64,000 nt of DNA from Leucoraja erinacea. Taxonomy: Eukaryota. This document shows, in pieces, positions 36,907-50,654 of the stretch; the first letter of the stretch is position 1; each line of letters begins with the position of its first letter. The notes under the pieces are model-generated. The model saw only the letters and a program-made list of their open reading frames with translations, was not told the origin of the DNA and ran no database searches. The stretch is taken from positions 21,514,001 through 21,578,000 of the forward strand of contig NC_073393.1 in assembly GCF_028641065.1 (NCBI RefSeq), written 5' to 3'. The position numbers and the translations under genes were made by a program.

Positions 36907-38884
36907 TCATCATTAAATCTAGAAATTCCTTCAGATTTAATTGATTGTTTTATACTTTTAATGATCATTAAAGCTAGGAATTTTAAGTAATCTGTGACTC
37001 ACGATGTAATCAATAAATTATTGAACAGAGTATAAAAGCTAATTGGTGACGACCATCAGAGCAGCCTGTAAAGTACTCTGCACCGTTCGAACCATTCATC
37101 TTGCAAGGGATGAAGATGAACACTTTGGAAATCCTTTTCTGACCTTGTTATGATAATGCAATGAAGTAGGACAGCAGCCCAGCTGCTGCTTTTAAAGTCA
37201 AAAGTAACTTTGAAGTAAAATTGAAACCCACATCATAGAAAAAAGAACTCTAAGTTTGAAGAGAGATTCATCAGACATTTCTGCAGCATTTCTCTTCCTC
37301 ACCCTTGCTTATATTTACCACAGTCATTGTGCATTGTCTCACCGCCATTGAAATGTGAAGGACTCACACATTGCTCTGAGACACTATCTTCGCTTTATCC
37401 AAATATCCAAGCATTGCCTATCACCTTCCTTGTAATGTATTTATCTTTTTTCACACAGCCGGCATTTTATTTGATCCTTAAACAACTTTCAATAATATAA
37501 AAATAAAATTCTGGAATTAGCAGTTCTGGCAGCATCTGTGAAGAGATAAAGAGTTAATGATTCAAGCAATGGCTAGAAAATAAGTGCATATTAATTTGTT
37601 GAGAAAAGGACTATGTGGAGATAACAAAGCGAATGCCAGTGATAGGGTGGAGACCAGGAGGTAATGAATGATGCAAATTGTGATGACTTGCAGATGATAT
37701 GTCTGGTGGAAATGTAAACAAAAAGAGATAAAGGGAAACAGAGGAGAGTAAAATATATGCTGGAAATATAAACTAATTTAAATATTCTCAATATTTGCAG
37801 CATTTGCTTTTCAATTACTTTCCCATAATCTTTATTCCTGTCTGCCTTGTTTGTCCATCACTTCTTTGACAATTACCCCTAATACATTCATTTGTAACAT
37901 AATCAATTCCAAACTTGACAGCAGTATTACATTGCTCTCTTGGTTAACCTCTTACCTACCATGCATCATATCCAAGTTACTCGTCATTCCTGTAATAATT
38001 GACTTACTAGATAATTTCCATTCCCACTATATGAAAGTTTAAAAAACAATGTTATGCCCTGCCCTGCCCTGCCTTTAGGCGTGTATCCCGAATCGCTAGA
38101 AATGCCTCCTTAAACCTTGAAACCCACCTCTTTGACGTGACTTTTAATCATTCCTAGACTACTCAGATTGTATCAGATTGACAATTTTCTGGAAGTCAAT
38201 GCATTATTTATACCAATGTGAACTGGACTGTGATGAACCTCTGACATTTCAATGGAGTAGCAATTTTGGCAGTATTTTTTGCCTCTTCATATTGTCTGTG
38301 GTTTTGTATCACCAGAAATAACTCTCCTGAATTTAATATTCTGATGCCACGTTTGTATTGGTGACTACTCTGTAAGACTGTAGGTAAATTATTGCACTAT
38401 TGATAAGGCTTTTGGCAGCAGGTAGAGCAAACAAATAAATGCAAATGGCTCTTGGACTCACTTTAATAGTAATTTCCTCCCCTTTCTCAAAGTCTTTGAT
38501 CTTTGTTAGATGTGGTTGCAAATGTGCTTCCTATTTTATTTTTTAAATCAAAGTTAATTTATTTTATTTACCTCAGTCTATCCAGGCCAAGAAAATATAA
38601 CCTTTTCTACTTCTGAAGTTATTTCCTTCACTTTATTTGCTACAGCTCTTACCTTTGCTTCTATCCCTGCCATAGCTTTCCTAACAGATGCACAGAATAT
38701 CTGTCTCTAAGCATCACTGGTAGTGGTCAGTAACTTGTGTTTATTACCTTTTATCATTGAAGGAGATAAGAAATCAAAAGACATGATAATTTACGCAACT
38801 TTTGTTTGTTTACATGATAAAATAACTGACTCAAATAATTTCAGGTGGTTTAAAAAATTAGAGAGGTTTTTGAGAACCTGTTAA

Positions 38885-40002
38885 CCTATCGCAACAGGTC
38901 CAAGGATTATGCCATTGCCTTAGTCCTACACTCATCCCTGGAACACTTGGATAAGAAAGACACCTACGTCAGACCATTTAACTATCTAAGCTTATCACCA
39001 AACTCATGGGATTTGTTGTCAGCACTCTTCACTGCAACTCGATCCTCGACTTCTTGACCAACAGACCCCAATCAGTGAGGATAGGGGACTAATCATCCTC
39101 TATGATAATCCTCAACACTGGTGCTCCACAAGGATGCATTCTCAGCCCCCTTCTTTACACCTTGTACACACACGGCTGTGCAGCCATGTACAAATCTAAT
39201 TCAAATTCGCAGACTACACCACCATTGTGGGCCATGTATCAAATAATGATGAGACGGCATACAGGAAAGAGATCGAGATCCTCTACTCCTGGTGTTGAGA
39301 CAACAACCTCTCAATGTCAGCAAGTTTGCATTGATGGTGCCGAAGTAGAGATGGTAGAAAACTTGAAATTCCTAGGAGTCAATATCACCAACAATTTCTC
39401 CTGGACCACCCATATTGAAGCAACGACCATGAAAGCACACCAACTTCCTGCATATGCTTAGGAAGTTTGACATGTCCCCAACAACTCTTACCAACTTCTA
39501 CAGATGCACCATTGAAAACATTTTATCAGGATTCATCACAATTTAGATTGGGAACAAATCCATTCAAGACTGCAAGAATTTGCAGCGAATTGTGGACACA
39601 GCCCAGACCATCACACAAACTATTCTGTGTTTACTCCCTTCTATTGACTCCATTTATTCCTCACACTACCTCGACGAGACCAGCAGCATAATCAAGGACA
39701 CTCGCTCTTCTCCCCTCTCCCATTAGGCAAAAAGTATAGAAGTGCAGAAACACACACCTCCAGATCCAGGGACAGTTTCTTCCCAGGTGTTATCAGGCAA
39801 CTGAATCATCCTACCACAACCAGAGAGCAGTGCTGAACGACTATTTATGTCATCGGTAACCCATGGACTATCCTGAATCGTACTTTGCTGGCTTTACCTT
39901 GCAATAAATGTTATTCATGTATCTATACACTGTAAATGGTTTGATTGTAATCATGTTTTGTTTTTCTGCTGACTGGATAGCACGCAACAAAAAGCTTTTC
40001 AT
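38885..40002 (+). mobile_element. Rex1/Babar-like non-LTR retrotransposon, decayed 3' part
   Basis: LNTGAPQGCILSPLLYTLYT and KFLGVNIT.N.SW..HI motifs. Confidence 0.8.
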
Positions 40003-42204
40003 TGTTCAGATTCAGATTCAATTTTAATTGTCATTGTCAGTGTACAGTACAGAGACAACGAAATGCATTTAGCATCTCCCTTGAAGAGCTCGGAACACGT
40101 GATAATAAACTAAACTGTAATGAACTGAGAAAAGTGATCAGAACTAACAAAGTGAATAGAACAAAATGTGAGCTGATCAATGTAACTTTCTGCATCTGAT
40201 TTTGAAAATGAGATGAGAGAATGAAGTTGAAAGGAATCCAGACATTTTACATTCAATGTTATAAGTGAACAATTTCAGAGATTTCATCAGTATCCTGCAA
40301 TGGAGCAGTATCTGAGTGGGTGAGATCAGCCCGGTTATTGGAGTCTCGATGTCGGAGGCCCGAAACCTGGGGCCAGAGGCCTGATTTCGGAGACCCGAGG
40401 TCGGAGTCTGGAGTACCGAGGTCGTAAAGGGGGACCGCCGAGGTCAAAGGCAGTCATGGAGTGGAGGGCCATCGAGAACAAAGGAGGAGGGCCTGGCATG
40501 GGGGGGTTCGCCAAGAGAACTAAGGGGGGGGGGGGTGCGATGGGTGTTGAGAACTACGGGGGTTGAGGGGGGGACCATTGTGGGGGAAAAAAGGGATACT
40601 TTGTCGGCGCCCTAGGTATAAGCATTTTACTGGGACTTGTCACATGTGACAATAATAATATCTCATCTCAGAATGTTAAACCATATAGCTGCCCAGTGAA
40701 ATTCAAGTTAGAGGAAACTGCTCAAATAAAACAGAAAGAGCATTTGATTAAGTTCAGATTGAAAATAACATTAGATATACAGAGAAATGAAAGTATAAAA
40801 GTGTATTTGTTAAGGATAAGCTAAATTCAGACAATTATGTTGTCAAATGATGCTAAGATGAAACCAGTAATATGTTAATTGTTAATTTAGGATATAGAGA
40901 AACTATTTTACACAACATAATTTAAAAAGGACACTTACAATGCAAATCTTCAGTGAAAAATTGAACAGTATATGAAATTATTTCTTGATGACGATCGTAT
41001 AAGTCAAGCACCTGGAACTGAAGAACTATGATGCTTTCCAAAATTCAAAAACATAAGATCTTGGCAGATAATAAAGTTTAAAGTTTATTATCTGCTAAGA
41101 TCTTATAATGGTTTTGCTATAAAATAGTAAATGCAACAGTGTGTTAATACCTCAAATTGTGACGAGGTAATTAACTAGTAATATATATTTTTTGATATTG
41201 GTTCCACCTGACATAGTGGCCAGGGCTTTGGTCTAATGTCTCAATCAATACTTTAAATGATCGTGGGGCGTGTATAATTTGTGATTTGTACTCCGAGCAG
41301 ATGAAGCTCAATGTTAAAAGCACAAATTCCTGAAATTACAGATGTAGTCTAACTGTGTTCCTTTGGCCATTTAAATGGCTTTGTAAATTGTCTGAAGAAG
41401 GGTCTTGACCCGAAACATCACCCATTTGTCCTCTCCAGAGATGCTGCCTGCCCTGCTGAGTTATTCCAGCTTTTTGTGTCTATCTTTGTAAATTGTTTCT
41501 TTGACTGAATTGGAGGAGGGGAAGATAAAATCTGTTAAGAGGTATCTCTTAAGTTGACTTTGAAAACAATGTCCTTGAACTGTCGCACTCTAGGCCAGCC
41601 CCCCTACTAAAAGTGTGATATTTAAGTATGCTTACTTAGCGGACAATATAATCACAGTTTTACTACAAAGAGGAATGTTTTAAAGTAGAAACACTGCCCC
41701 TGCAAATGAGACTGGAAAATGTCCCTGAAATGACAGGGGAGCAGGTGGTCATAGAGGCTCAGCTGGTTAGCTGAATAAACGGAAATGAACTGCTTCTAGC
41801 TAAAAGGCAAACTATAAATAATGCTGATGGACTACAGAGCTTTAACCTTTTTAGATGATTATGTTACAACTGCATAGCTATAACGTTTCGTACTGTTTTC
41901 AGATTTTGTTTTGGTTCTTGACAGACTGCAACTAAAAAGTCAATACTACAATAACTTGCATTTGTATATGATCCTTAAAAATCATCACAAATAAAATTAA
42001 ATTGGGTGAACAGAAACCATGAAGAGAAGAAGAGGTTTTTTAAAACTGAATATAGAACAGTAAAGCAACAGGCTCTTCGGCCCATGATATCTGTGCTGAA
42101 CATGATGCCTACTTAAACTAAATCTCTCTTCCTTCACGTGCTTTACATCTCTCCATCCATGCATATCCATGTGTCTCATAAAACCTCATGAAGGCTGATA
42201 TTAA

Positions 42205-42741
42205 CATAAACATATAAAATAGGTGCAGGAGTAGGCCATTCGGCCCTTTGAGCTTGCACCGCCATTCAATATGATCATGGCTGATCATCCAACTCAGTAT
42301 CCTGTACCAGCCTTCTCTCCATATCCCCCGATACCTTTAGCCACAAGGGTCACATCTAACTCCCTCTTAAATATAGCCAATGAACTGGCCTCAACTACCT
42401 TCTGTGGCAGAGAATTCCACAGATTCACCACTCTCTGTGTGAAAAATGTTTTCCTCATCTCGGTCCTAAAAGATTTCCCCCTTATCCTTAAAATGTGACC
42501 CCTTGTTCTGGACTTCCCCAACATCGAGAACAATCTTCTTGCATCTAGCCTGTCCAACCCCTTAAGAATTTTGTAAGTTTCTATAAGATCCCCCCTCAAT
42601 CTTCTAAATTCTAGCGAGTACAAGCCAAGTCTATCCAGTCTTTCTTCATATAAAAGTCCTGACATCCCAGGAATCAGTCTGGTGAACCTTCTCTGTACTC
42701 CCTCTATGGCAAGAATGTCTTTCCTCAGATTAGGAGACCAG
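42205..42741 (-). mobile_element. CR1 LINE 3' fragment
   Basis: ORF 42294-42665 (LYSLEFRRLRGDLIETYKIL, RTRGH) plus the CR1 3' UTR. Confidence 0.9.
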
Positions 42742-44957
42742 GTGATTACAGTTTCGGATTCAGGAATAGCTTCTTCGCAGCTATGATAGGACTGCTGAAC
42801 TGTCCTCTCATATGCTAAGGGTGTAGTCCTAATCTTCCAACCTACTCTTTGTAGGCCTTAGGCCAATGGCTCTTAACCTGGGGGTCAGGACCCCTATGGG
42901 GGGGGGGGGGGGGGGGGGGGGGGGATCATTTGGGGCTTTACCGGGGGACATGAAGGGGGTCATTAATACCATGTCTAATTTGTTGAGCCTTGAACTTTTT
43001 TAAATCTGCACTTTGTTACTGTAATGCTATATCGCTGTAACATTATATTCTTCACTCTAGTATCTTTCTCTTTACACTATCTACATGATTACAATTAAGC
43101 CATCCACCGTGCACAGATAAAGGACAGACCGAAGTGCCTGTTTTGTGCTGTATGCATAATGGCTATGACTGAGTAAAGATACTCGTGGGACGTGGCAATA
43201 TTCACAAAATTTCGTTCGGAAGGGTGGTTGAGATGAGTATTGACCGCCAACTTTGAAAGTGGGAATTTTTAATTTGCAGTGGTAAATGTTTTATGAACGG
43301 GATTTTGCATGTAAAGAGTTCATCTTGATTTTTGGGGGGTCGAAGGAACATGATGGAGGGTACAAAACATGAAAATGATCAAAGATTATCTTTTTATTGA
43401 TAATTACAATAGGAACACAAAGGTCAAGTGAAATGTCTAGATTTATATATAGCAAGAGATTTAAGGAGCAAATTAGTGAAGGAAAGAAAACAGGAAAGCT
43501 GAGATGCTGTTTAAAACTCAGGATGAAATGCTTAAAAAATTGCTTGAAAAGTAGAGAAACAATCGGAGATGTAATTTCATAGAAGGGGTCACACCAGCAT
43601 TGTTATGTTTTATGGAGTCCAAGGGATGGAATGTAAAGCAAAGTGGGAAGTTTTATTACAGAATGAAAAGCATCACCCTTCATTAATTTTAAACTTAGGT
43701 AGGCATGTTTGAGTTGGGCTGAAGGGCTTGTTTCTATGTGTAGGAAAGAACTGTGGAAAGAACTGCAGATGCTGGTTTAAATCGAAGGTAGACAGAATGC
43801 TGGAGTAACTCAGCAGAACCCTTCTTCAGACTGGGCTTGTTTCCATGCTGTGTGACTACTGATGAGTCAGAATTGCTATCAAAGAAACCAGTCCTTAATC
43901 CAATTTGCATTGTAGGCCTCAAGCATATTGTTTAATTTAACTACATATTATTCTAGTACACATTATGTTCATCCTCACACACATTCCTGCTTGAGCAAAT
44001 CTGCAGTTATTTGCAATTAATGGATTAAAAATGTTAGAATTATTTCACACATTTCTAACCACGCACAAGACACAGAGCCACTGGCATTTTGTAGAAGTAG
44101 CCCCATAAATCTTAACAATCCAATCTCATACTCATGCAGGGTCCACAGGTATTTCGGTGCAATCAGCAAGTAACTCTGAACAGCTTTTCCCTCTTTCATT
44201 CAAGGACGGATAGGGGTCAAATTGAGCTTGTGTTCCCAGTACAAAGCTGATTTAATTGAATGCAGCCTTTATTGAATTATTTTCCACTGTATCATTAAAT
44301 TGCGATAAAGCAGTATTTGTGTTCAGTCATACCCAGAGAATTTTTATTGTCGTTGGAGAGTTTGCTGTAAAGATTCACCAAATTATTCTGGGACTGCTTG
44401 GGTATCATTTAATTAAATATTGAAGTAAATGGGATGTTGTGAGTGATTGAAAGATGATTAGAATAATTCCTTTTTTTAAAAACAAAAACATGCAGGCGCA
44501 TATTTCATTCCCTGCTGTTGCTGTCAATGGCAGATCGTCATCTTATAAGCTGCTTTATCTATGTTACGGTCTGACCGTCTAATTTAAGTAATATATTTTA
44601 ATTTTTAAACTTTAGAAATATTAAAAAGTCTAACAATTTGAAAATTAAGTTTTTAACTTATTGGAGGTGCTGGCTTGTACCATCACAAAAAAAACCCACT
44701 GGTTATAATAGTAGAGAAACAAATCCCGCATGTAGAGCAATCAGAACAAGAGGGTATGACCCTAAAATTAAAATCAGGTCTTTTAGAGGTGATGAAGAAT
44801 TTCTTAATTCAATGGATATATTAATTCATGAAACTCTCCTTGAAAATATTGTTGTGGTTGAAAAGTTTGGTAGATTGTAATACAAGGCATATTACTTGTA
44901 TGTGTACATATTTGGCCAATAAACATTCATTCATAACAAAGTAGATTTAAAAAAATA

Positions 44958-45390
44958 TGGCACTGCTCAGTCAATCACGGGTACTTACCTCTGCACCATC
45001 GAAGGGATCTATTGGAGTCGCTGCTTCAAAAAGGCAGCCAGCATCATCAAGACCCACATCACCCTGGCCACGCTCTTATTTCACTTGTCCCATCGGGAAG
45101 AAGGTATAAGAGTCTGAAAACCAAGTCTGAAAACCAAGGTTCAAGAATAGCCTCCGCAACAACCATTAGGCTCTTGAACACGACAAAACACTAACTAAAT
45201 TATCAACTATGGGCTGTATTTGTTGCACTAAGGACCAAGATTTCTTGAACCAGTATTGGGGTTATTCATTTATTGATTTTTCTTTTGCTTGTTATTTGTT
45301 ATCAATGTGTTTTATGTTTATATAGGCCTATAGTGTTGTGCAAGTAAGAATTTCTTTATTCTGTTCTTGGTACATATGACAATTAAACAC
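44958..45390 (+). repeat. Rex1/L2-like LINE 3' fragment
   Basis: HHPGHALISLVPSGRRYKSL motif followed by the shared 3' tail. Confidence 0.65.
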
Positions 45391-45435
45391 TGATGATATT
45401 TACACCTTACTGCAATTTGGATGATTTCTTTGCAG

Positions 45436-45536
45436 ATCAGAAATACCAGCCACAAGACAGAAGAAACTTATTTACTCCATTGGTCGACAATAAAAGAAGA
45501 TTTCAGGATCATATTTACTCCTTCGATGATGGCAAG
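45436..45536 (+). CDS. TERB1: TERB1 exon
   Basis: ttctttgcag|...AAG|gtttgc, phase 1 to 0. Encodes QKYQPQDRRNLFTPLVDNKRRFQDHIYSFDDGK and joins the Myb exon in frame. Confidence 0.7.
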
Positions 45537-45721
45537 GTTTGCTGTTAGGTTTTCAGAGCAAAGGAATTTGTGTTGAGTTTGAAATCTTGAATCATCTATT
45601 ACAGATCAATAGATCATACTGATTCCGTTTGTGAAATGATTCAAGGCATCAAGGAATCAACAGGAATTCTTGTTTTCTGAATTAATTCTGGGTATAACTA
45701 CCTTGTTTGTATGGTTCAATT

Positions 45722-46002
45722 AAGATTTAGTTTAGTTTAGAGATATAGCGCGGAAACAGGCCCTTCGGCCCACCGAGTCCACACCGACCAGCGATCCCTG
45801 CACACTAACATTATCCTACGCACACTGAGAACAATTTACATTTATACCAACCCAATTAACCAACAAAAGTGTACGTCTTTGGAGTGTGGGAGGAATCCGA
45901 AGATCTTGGCGTAAACCCACGCAAGTCACAGGGAGAATGTGCAAACTCCGTACAGTCAAGCACCCACAATCAGGATCGAACCTGGGTCTCTGGCGCTGTA
46001 AG
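45722..46002 (-). mobile_element. tRNA-derived SINE (V-SINE/HE1-like), 5'-truncated
   Basis: B-box GGTTCGATCC on the - strand, V-like central domain, CR1-like GGGCCGAAGGGCCTGTTTCC 3' part, (CTAAA)n tail. Confidence 0.75.
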
Positions 46003-47358
46003 ATGCCTTAAGACATTACACCCATGACACAAACAGCATGACAGAATCTGATGTAATCCATACAAACAATTTAGCTACCTAGATTGATTTAAGGATGTGT
46101 CTCAAGGACTAATGAGCGAAGATCTAAGGTAGGGGGCGGAGGAGGGGGTTGTTCCTAGAGTTGTGGGAAGTAGTATTCACTATTGTGTGACTCTGGAGCC
46201 ACATCTACATTCCGAGAGTTATGATTAAAAAAGGTCATCGATATGAAACATTAACACTGTTTCTCTCTTCACTGTTTCTCTTGATCGGAGGTACTGTCAT
46301 TTAAATCAGACATTCCTTTCATGTGAACATAAAGCGGAGGTGGGGAATTATTAAAAGAACCTTAGCAAATGTTTACCTCACAATCAGTGTTACTATAAAA
46401 ACAGATTGTCTTTTCATGATCACAATGATTTTTGTCATTGCTTGAACTGGGTGGATAGATTCAGTACTTGGACATTCTGTAAAGGGTGAAAAAGTTGCTC
46501 TCTAATCTAGATGGAATATACTGTTCATCTAATTACTTCCTCCCTGTCGGGCACTCTCACGTCCAGTTGTGAGAGGCAAAGATAGAGTAGACAGTCAGAT
46601 CCCTTTTCCTAGGATGGAAGAATTAATAAAAGGCATAGATATAAGGTGAGAGCCACATAGTTTAAAGGAGCTGAGTGAGGCACAGAGTGCCTGAAGTACA
46701 GGTACGATAGTGGTGTTTAAGAGACTTTTGAATAGGCACATGGATATGGAAGCAGTCAAGGGTTATGGATTGCATGCAGGCAGATAAGAGTTGGTCTTGG
46801 CATTGTTTGGCACAGGCATAGTGGGCTGTAGAGCTTGTTCCTGTGCTGTACTGTTCGATCTCCAGCTCAAAAACCAATAGCAGTAACTCCCTGGAGCAAC
46901 TAAACTATGATTTGCTGACACAGCATATTTTGTGTTTCAAACCTAAAGAAAAAGCCTACCGTCAAATAGGATCTCGTCACATCTTCGGCATGTACATCAC
47001 AGCTAATGGATCGGTCTAGGTGTGCATTTTCTACTAACATAGTGGTGAGCATGATAACCAATGCATGCACAATCTGAGATGAAAGACCTGTTTGCTGCTG
47101 AGGTGAAGACAATGTTCTATTCCTCATTGAGTTGCCCTGTAAATCGCTCAACGTCTTCCTGCTGGCACAGGCAAGAAGGTCCAAGCTTAATGACTGCACT
47201 TTCAACAATCAAATTCTCCCCCAAAAGCAGCCACAGTGTAGGACCTTTATTCTCATGAGCAAAAGGACAGACTATGTGGGAATGGACTGATTTCTGAGCA
47301 TGCTGTTGATTTTTGACATTGGTGCAGCAAACCAAATAATGTTCCTCTTTTGATAAAG

Positions 47359-47562
47359 CATTCAGACACCTGTGAATACGCAGTGGGAGTAAGACAATCA
47401 AGCAAAAGAAGGCAGCGTAAGGATTTCACAAAGAAGGAAATTGGCTACTTGCTAGAAGGAGTATTGAAAATGGGCTATCACTGGAATTCTATTCTATGGT
47501 CATATCCATTCCAGAAAGGGCGAACTAATGTGGATCTAGCAAACAAATACCGGAACTTACAG
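47359..47562 (+). CDS. TERB1: TERB1 Myb-domain exon
   Basis: KRRQRKDFTKKEIGYLLEGVLKMGYHWNSILWSYPFQKGRTNVDLANKYRNLQ matches the recalled TERB1 Myb domain. CAG|gtaagg donor. Acceptor at 47359 (alternative 47366). Confidence 0.95.
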
Positions 47563-48176
47563 GTAAGGAAGAACTAGGATTCAAGGCTCCTTGCAGAATC
47601 TTGGTTGATCAATGGGGATTTCCGTATGTGCTCCTTGAAGAATTTGGACCAGTTTTGCTCTCAGTGAAAATTACAGCACAGGAAAGGGCCCTTTGCCAGC
47701 AATGTTTGTGCCAAACATAATTAAAATTTAATTTGATCCATATCCCCCCTTGTCATGTGCTGTCTAACTGCCTGTTAAATGTCACTGTCTGCCTCCAACA
47801 CTACTCCGGCAGCATGTTCCAGGCACCCACCACACTGTATTTTTAGAAAAATCTTGCCTCGCAAATCTCCTTCACACTTTCCCCTCACCTTAAATCTATC
47901 CTCTCTTTTATTTGCCATTTCCACACAGGGAAAAGGACTCTGCCTATCTATGCCTCTCATATGTTCATAATTGTAAAATATATATTAGCTATGAGCAGAA
48001 ATTGAACTAAATCTCTGCTGCATTTTGTCATAATCTTATGTGCCAGTTTTGACGAAGGGTCATTTACACAAAATATTAACCTTGTTTTTCCTTGTGACAT
48101 GTTGTCTGATCTGCCAAGTAATACCAAAATGTTGTTTCTTTTTTTAATGTATCTGCAATTGGGTTCTGTTTTTCAG

Positions 48177-48197
48177 AAAAGAAATTTGAAAGATTAA
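48177..48197 (+). CDS. TERB1: TERB1 terminal coding exon (KRNLKD*)
   Basis: ttctgtttttcag| phase 0, then TAA, followed by about 1 kb of apparently repeat-free 3' UTR. Confidence 0.7.
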   Translation, partial: KRNLKD

Positions 48198-49115
48198 AGA
48201 TCCAGAAGTCTAAGATTGCTCAATTGAATTGTGCTGACCTCAATCATCATTTTGTTGCAGAAACCTTGATTCCGAAGAATATTCTCAGTTGGTGTTACCA
48301 TTTATAACTGCAAGGAAACAGATTCCACTGAGATTTAGCTGTTGTAATTATCCTCAACAGCTGGATAAACCTCACTATTATATTGCATTACATATGCACA
48401 CTCTGAAATGGAGTATAGATTGCATTAGAGGTGTTATGGTTGACCCCAGTGTTGCAAGCTAAAGTATTCCAGCTCCCCTTCCCCATTACTAAAGAGTGAT
48501 TTATGTCAGAAAATGCATTAGCCATCTGCCAAGAATCCAGTCGGACTGAGTCAGGACACAGTCAGCATTTGCCATCGAGACTCACAAAGGAAGAATGAAT
48601 TCTTGGATACAGTCGCAAAGGACATCTTCAAGAAAAGTCAAACCTTTACAGTTTTGATTACCACGCCGTTATGGAATGGGATGCATCATACTCATCTGTT
48701 TGGATTCTACTCAGGTTACATTAGTCACACAATGTCTTGATTAATACCCTGATTTTGCTGCTCTGCAGTGTTATTTTATCATTCTCAGCTGCTTAAAATA
48801 ACACTGATTAATTCTACAAGTGCTTTAACCACGGCGCTAGCCATAACGTTCTGACAAATGACAGAGATTAGGTATGTACCCAAAACACTTCTGCTTTAGA
48901 GCATGAGCGTGGAGTTTACTAAGGCTCCATCCGATTTAATAGATGCAAAAAAATAGAAAATTCTTACACACTGAAGGATCTCTCCAGCCAAAATATACTG
49001 CATGCAACCTCAGGTCCCACCAGTACAGCTTTAAAAACACAGACAATTTAATGAAGCAGCTGAGCTTTTGCTGTTTATATTTTGGTTAGGAGTTTGGGTT
49101 GTTCTTGTTGTCACT

Positions 49116-49262
49116 AATAAATTGCAATGCTGTGAAGCAGCAATACTATCTGCACCCTAGATTGATTTGATATTTACTTACATTTGAAGTGGCTTTATGA
49201 TATTTAATGCATGCCAAAAAATAGAAAAAAATAATACTTATTGGTTTAAAATTAACAATAAA
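49116..49262 (+). terminator. Candidate TERB1 polyadenylation signals
   Basis: AATAAA at 49116-49121 and 49257-49262. Confidence 0.4.
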
Positions 49263-50003
49263 TAATGATATAGGAATGTATATCTGGACTACATTTTTAT
49301 ACATGGTTCAATCAATCTGCTATATGCTTTAATGCATTTGGATTCAATGGAACATCCAAGATGGTGGCAAATGGTTAACACTAACAAATGCAAGTATACC
49401 AGATAATGTTATATTTACCTGAACTATATCTTCAAAATTATCTTATAATTTTACCTTGATTTCCTGTCCCAAACATAGCTTATCCCCACTTTCCTATACA
49501 CCCCTTGCCTATAACCACATTTCCAGCTTATGTTATTAAATGGCAGGATTCTGTGAGGACCAGTTAAGTAATGTAACACTATCCCATTCATACGTGTGAC
49601 AACATATACAAATAGGAATAAATCTAACCCATTATAGAACATTTCTTGTGCAAGCAATGATTACATGCACTCCTTTCAGCTGAACCCCTGCATACATCTT
49701 GTGCATGTACACAAAAAAAACAAAATAGAAAGGGGAACATTGTATCAGTGCTTATATATTTCCTAAACAGGTCTGATTAGAAGATCAACAAGACTGGGAC
49801 TTGCATCGCAGTGATAAAATGCTTTTCTGATAATACATAAACAGCCCAATTTGCTCTATCACGTGAAGTAAGTGATGTCTTGGAACTGCTTTAGAAATGA
49901 GTAGAACATTTCTATCCAAATTCTGGTGAAACTGGTAACCAATATCACACCAAACAAGTTATCTGGTCATTATCACATGTATTGTGGGACCTCCTTTTGC
50001 AAA

Positions 50004-50540
50004 TTTGGAGACCACACCTGGAGTATTGTGTGTAGTTTTGGTCGCCAAATTTGAGGAAGGACATTCTTGCTATTGAGGGAGTGGGTTCACGAGGTTAATT
50101 CCCGGGATGGCGGGACTGTCAGATGTTGATAGAATGGAGCGGCTGGGCTTGTATACTCTGGAATGTAGAAGGATGAGAGGTATCTTATTGAAACATATAT
50201 TTGGACACGCTCGACACAGAAAACATGTTCCCGATTTTGGGAGAGTCCAGAACCAGGGGCCACAGTTTAAGAATAAGAATCATTTAGAACGAAGATGAGG
50301 AAAAACATTTTCACACTGAGGGTAATGAATCTGTGCAATTCACTGCCTCAGAAGGCAGTGGAGGCCAATTATGTGATGCTTTCAAGAGAGTTGGATAGAG
50401 CTCTTAAAGGTAGCAGAGTCGGGATATGGGGAAAAGGCAGGGACGGGGTACTGAGTGTGGATGATCAGCCATGATCACAGTGAATGGTAGTGCTGGCTCA
50501 AAGAGCCAAATGGCCTACTCCTGCACTTATTGTCTATTGT
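50004..50540 (+). mobile_element. CR1 LINE 3' fragment
   Basis: RPHLEYCV-coding region through the 3' UTR and TATTGTCTATTG tail. Confidence 0.88.
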
Positions 50541-50548
50541 AAATATGA

Positions 50549-50584
<36 letters not shown>

Positions 50585-50654
50585 CACGCATATGCTCCAG
50601 GGGAAAATATATGTATATACGCATATGCTCCAGGAGGGCTCGAGCTAGGATATT

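Noticed and set aside
42898-42925. Long poly-G run as a functional G-quadruplex
   Set aside because: Homopolymer inside a repeat fragment. Its length is unreliable and there is no functional evidence.
47563-47577. TERB1 ending by read-through (VRKN*)
   Set aside because: A strong CAG|GTAAGG donor and an in-phase terminal exon at 48177 fit better, although intron retention cannot be excluded.
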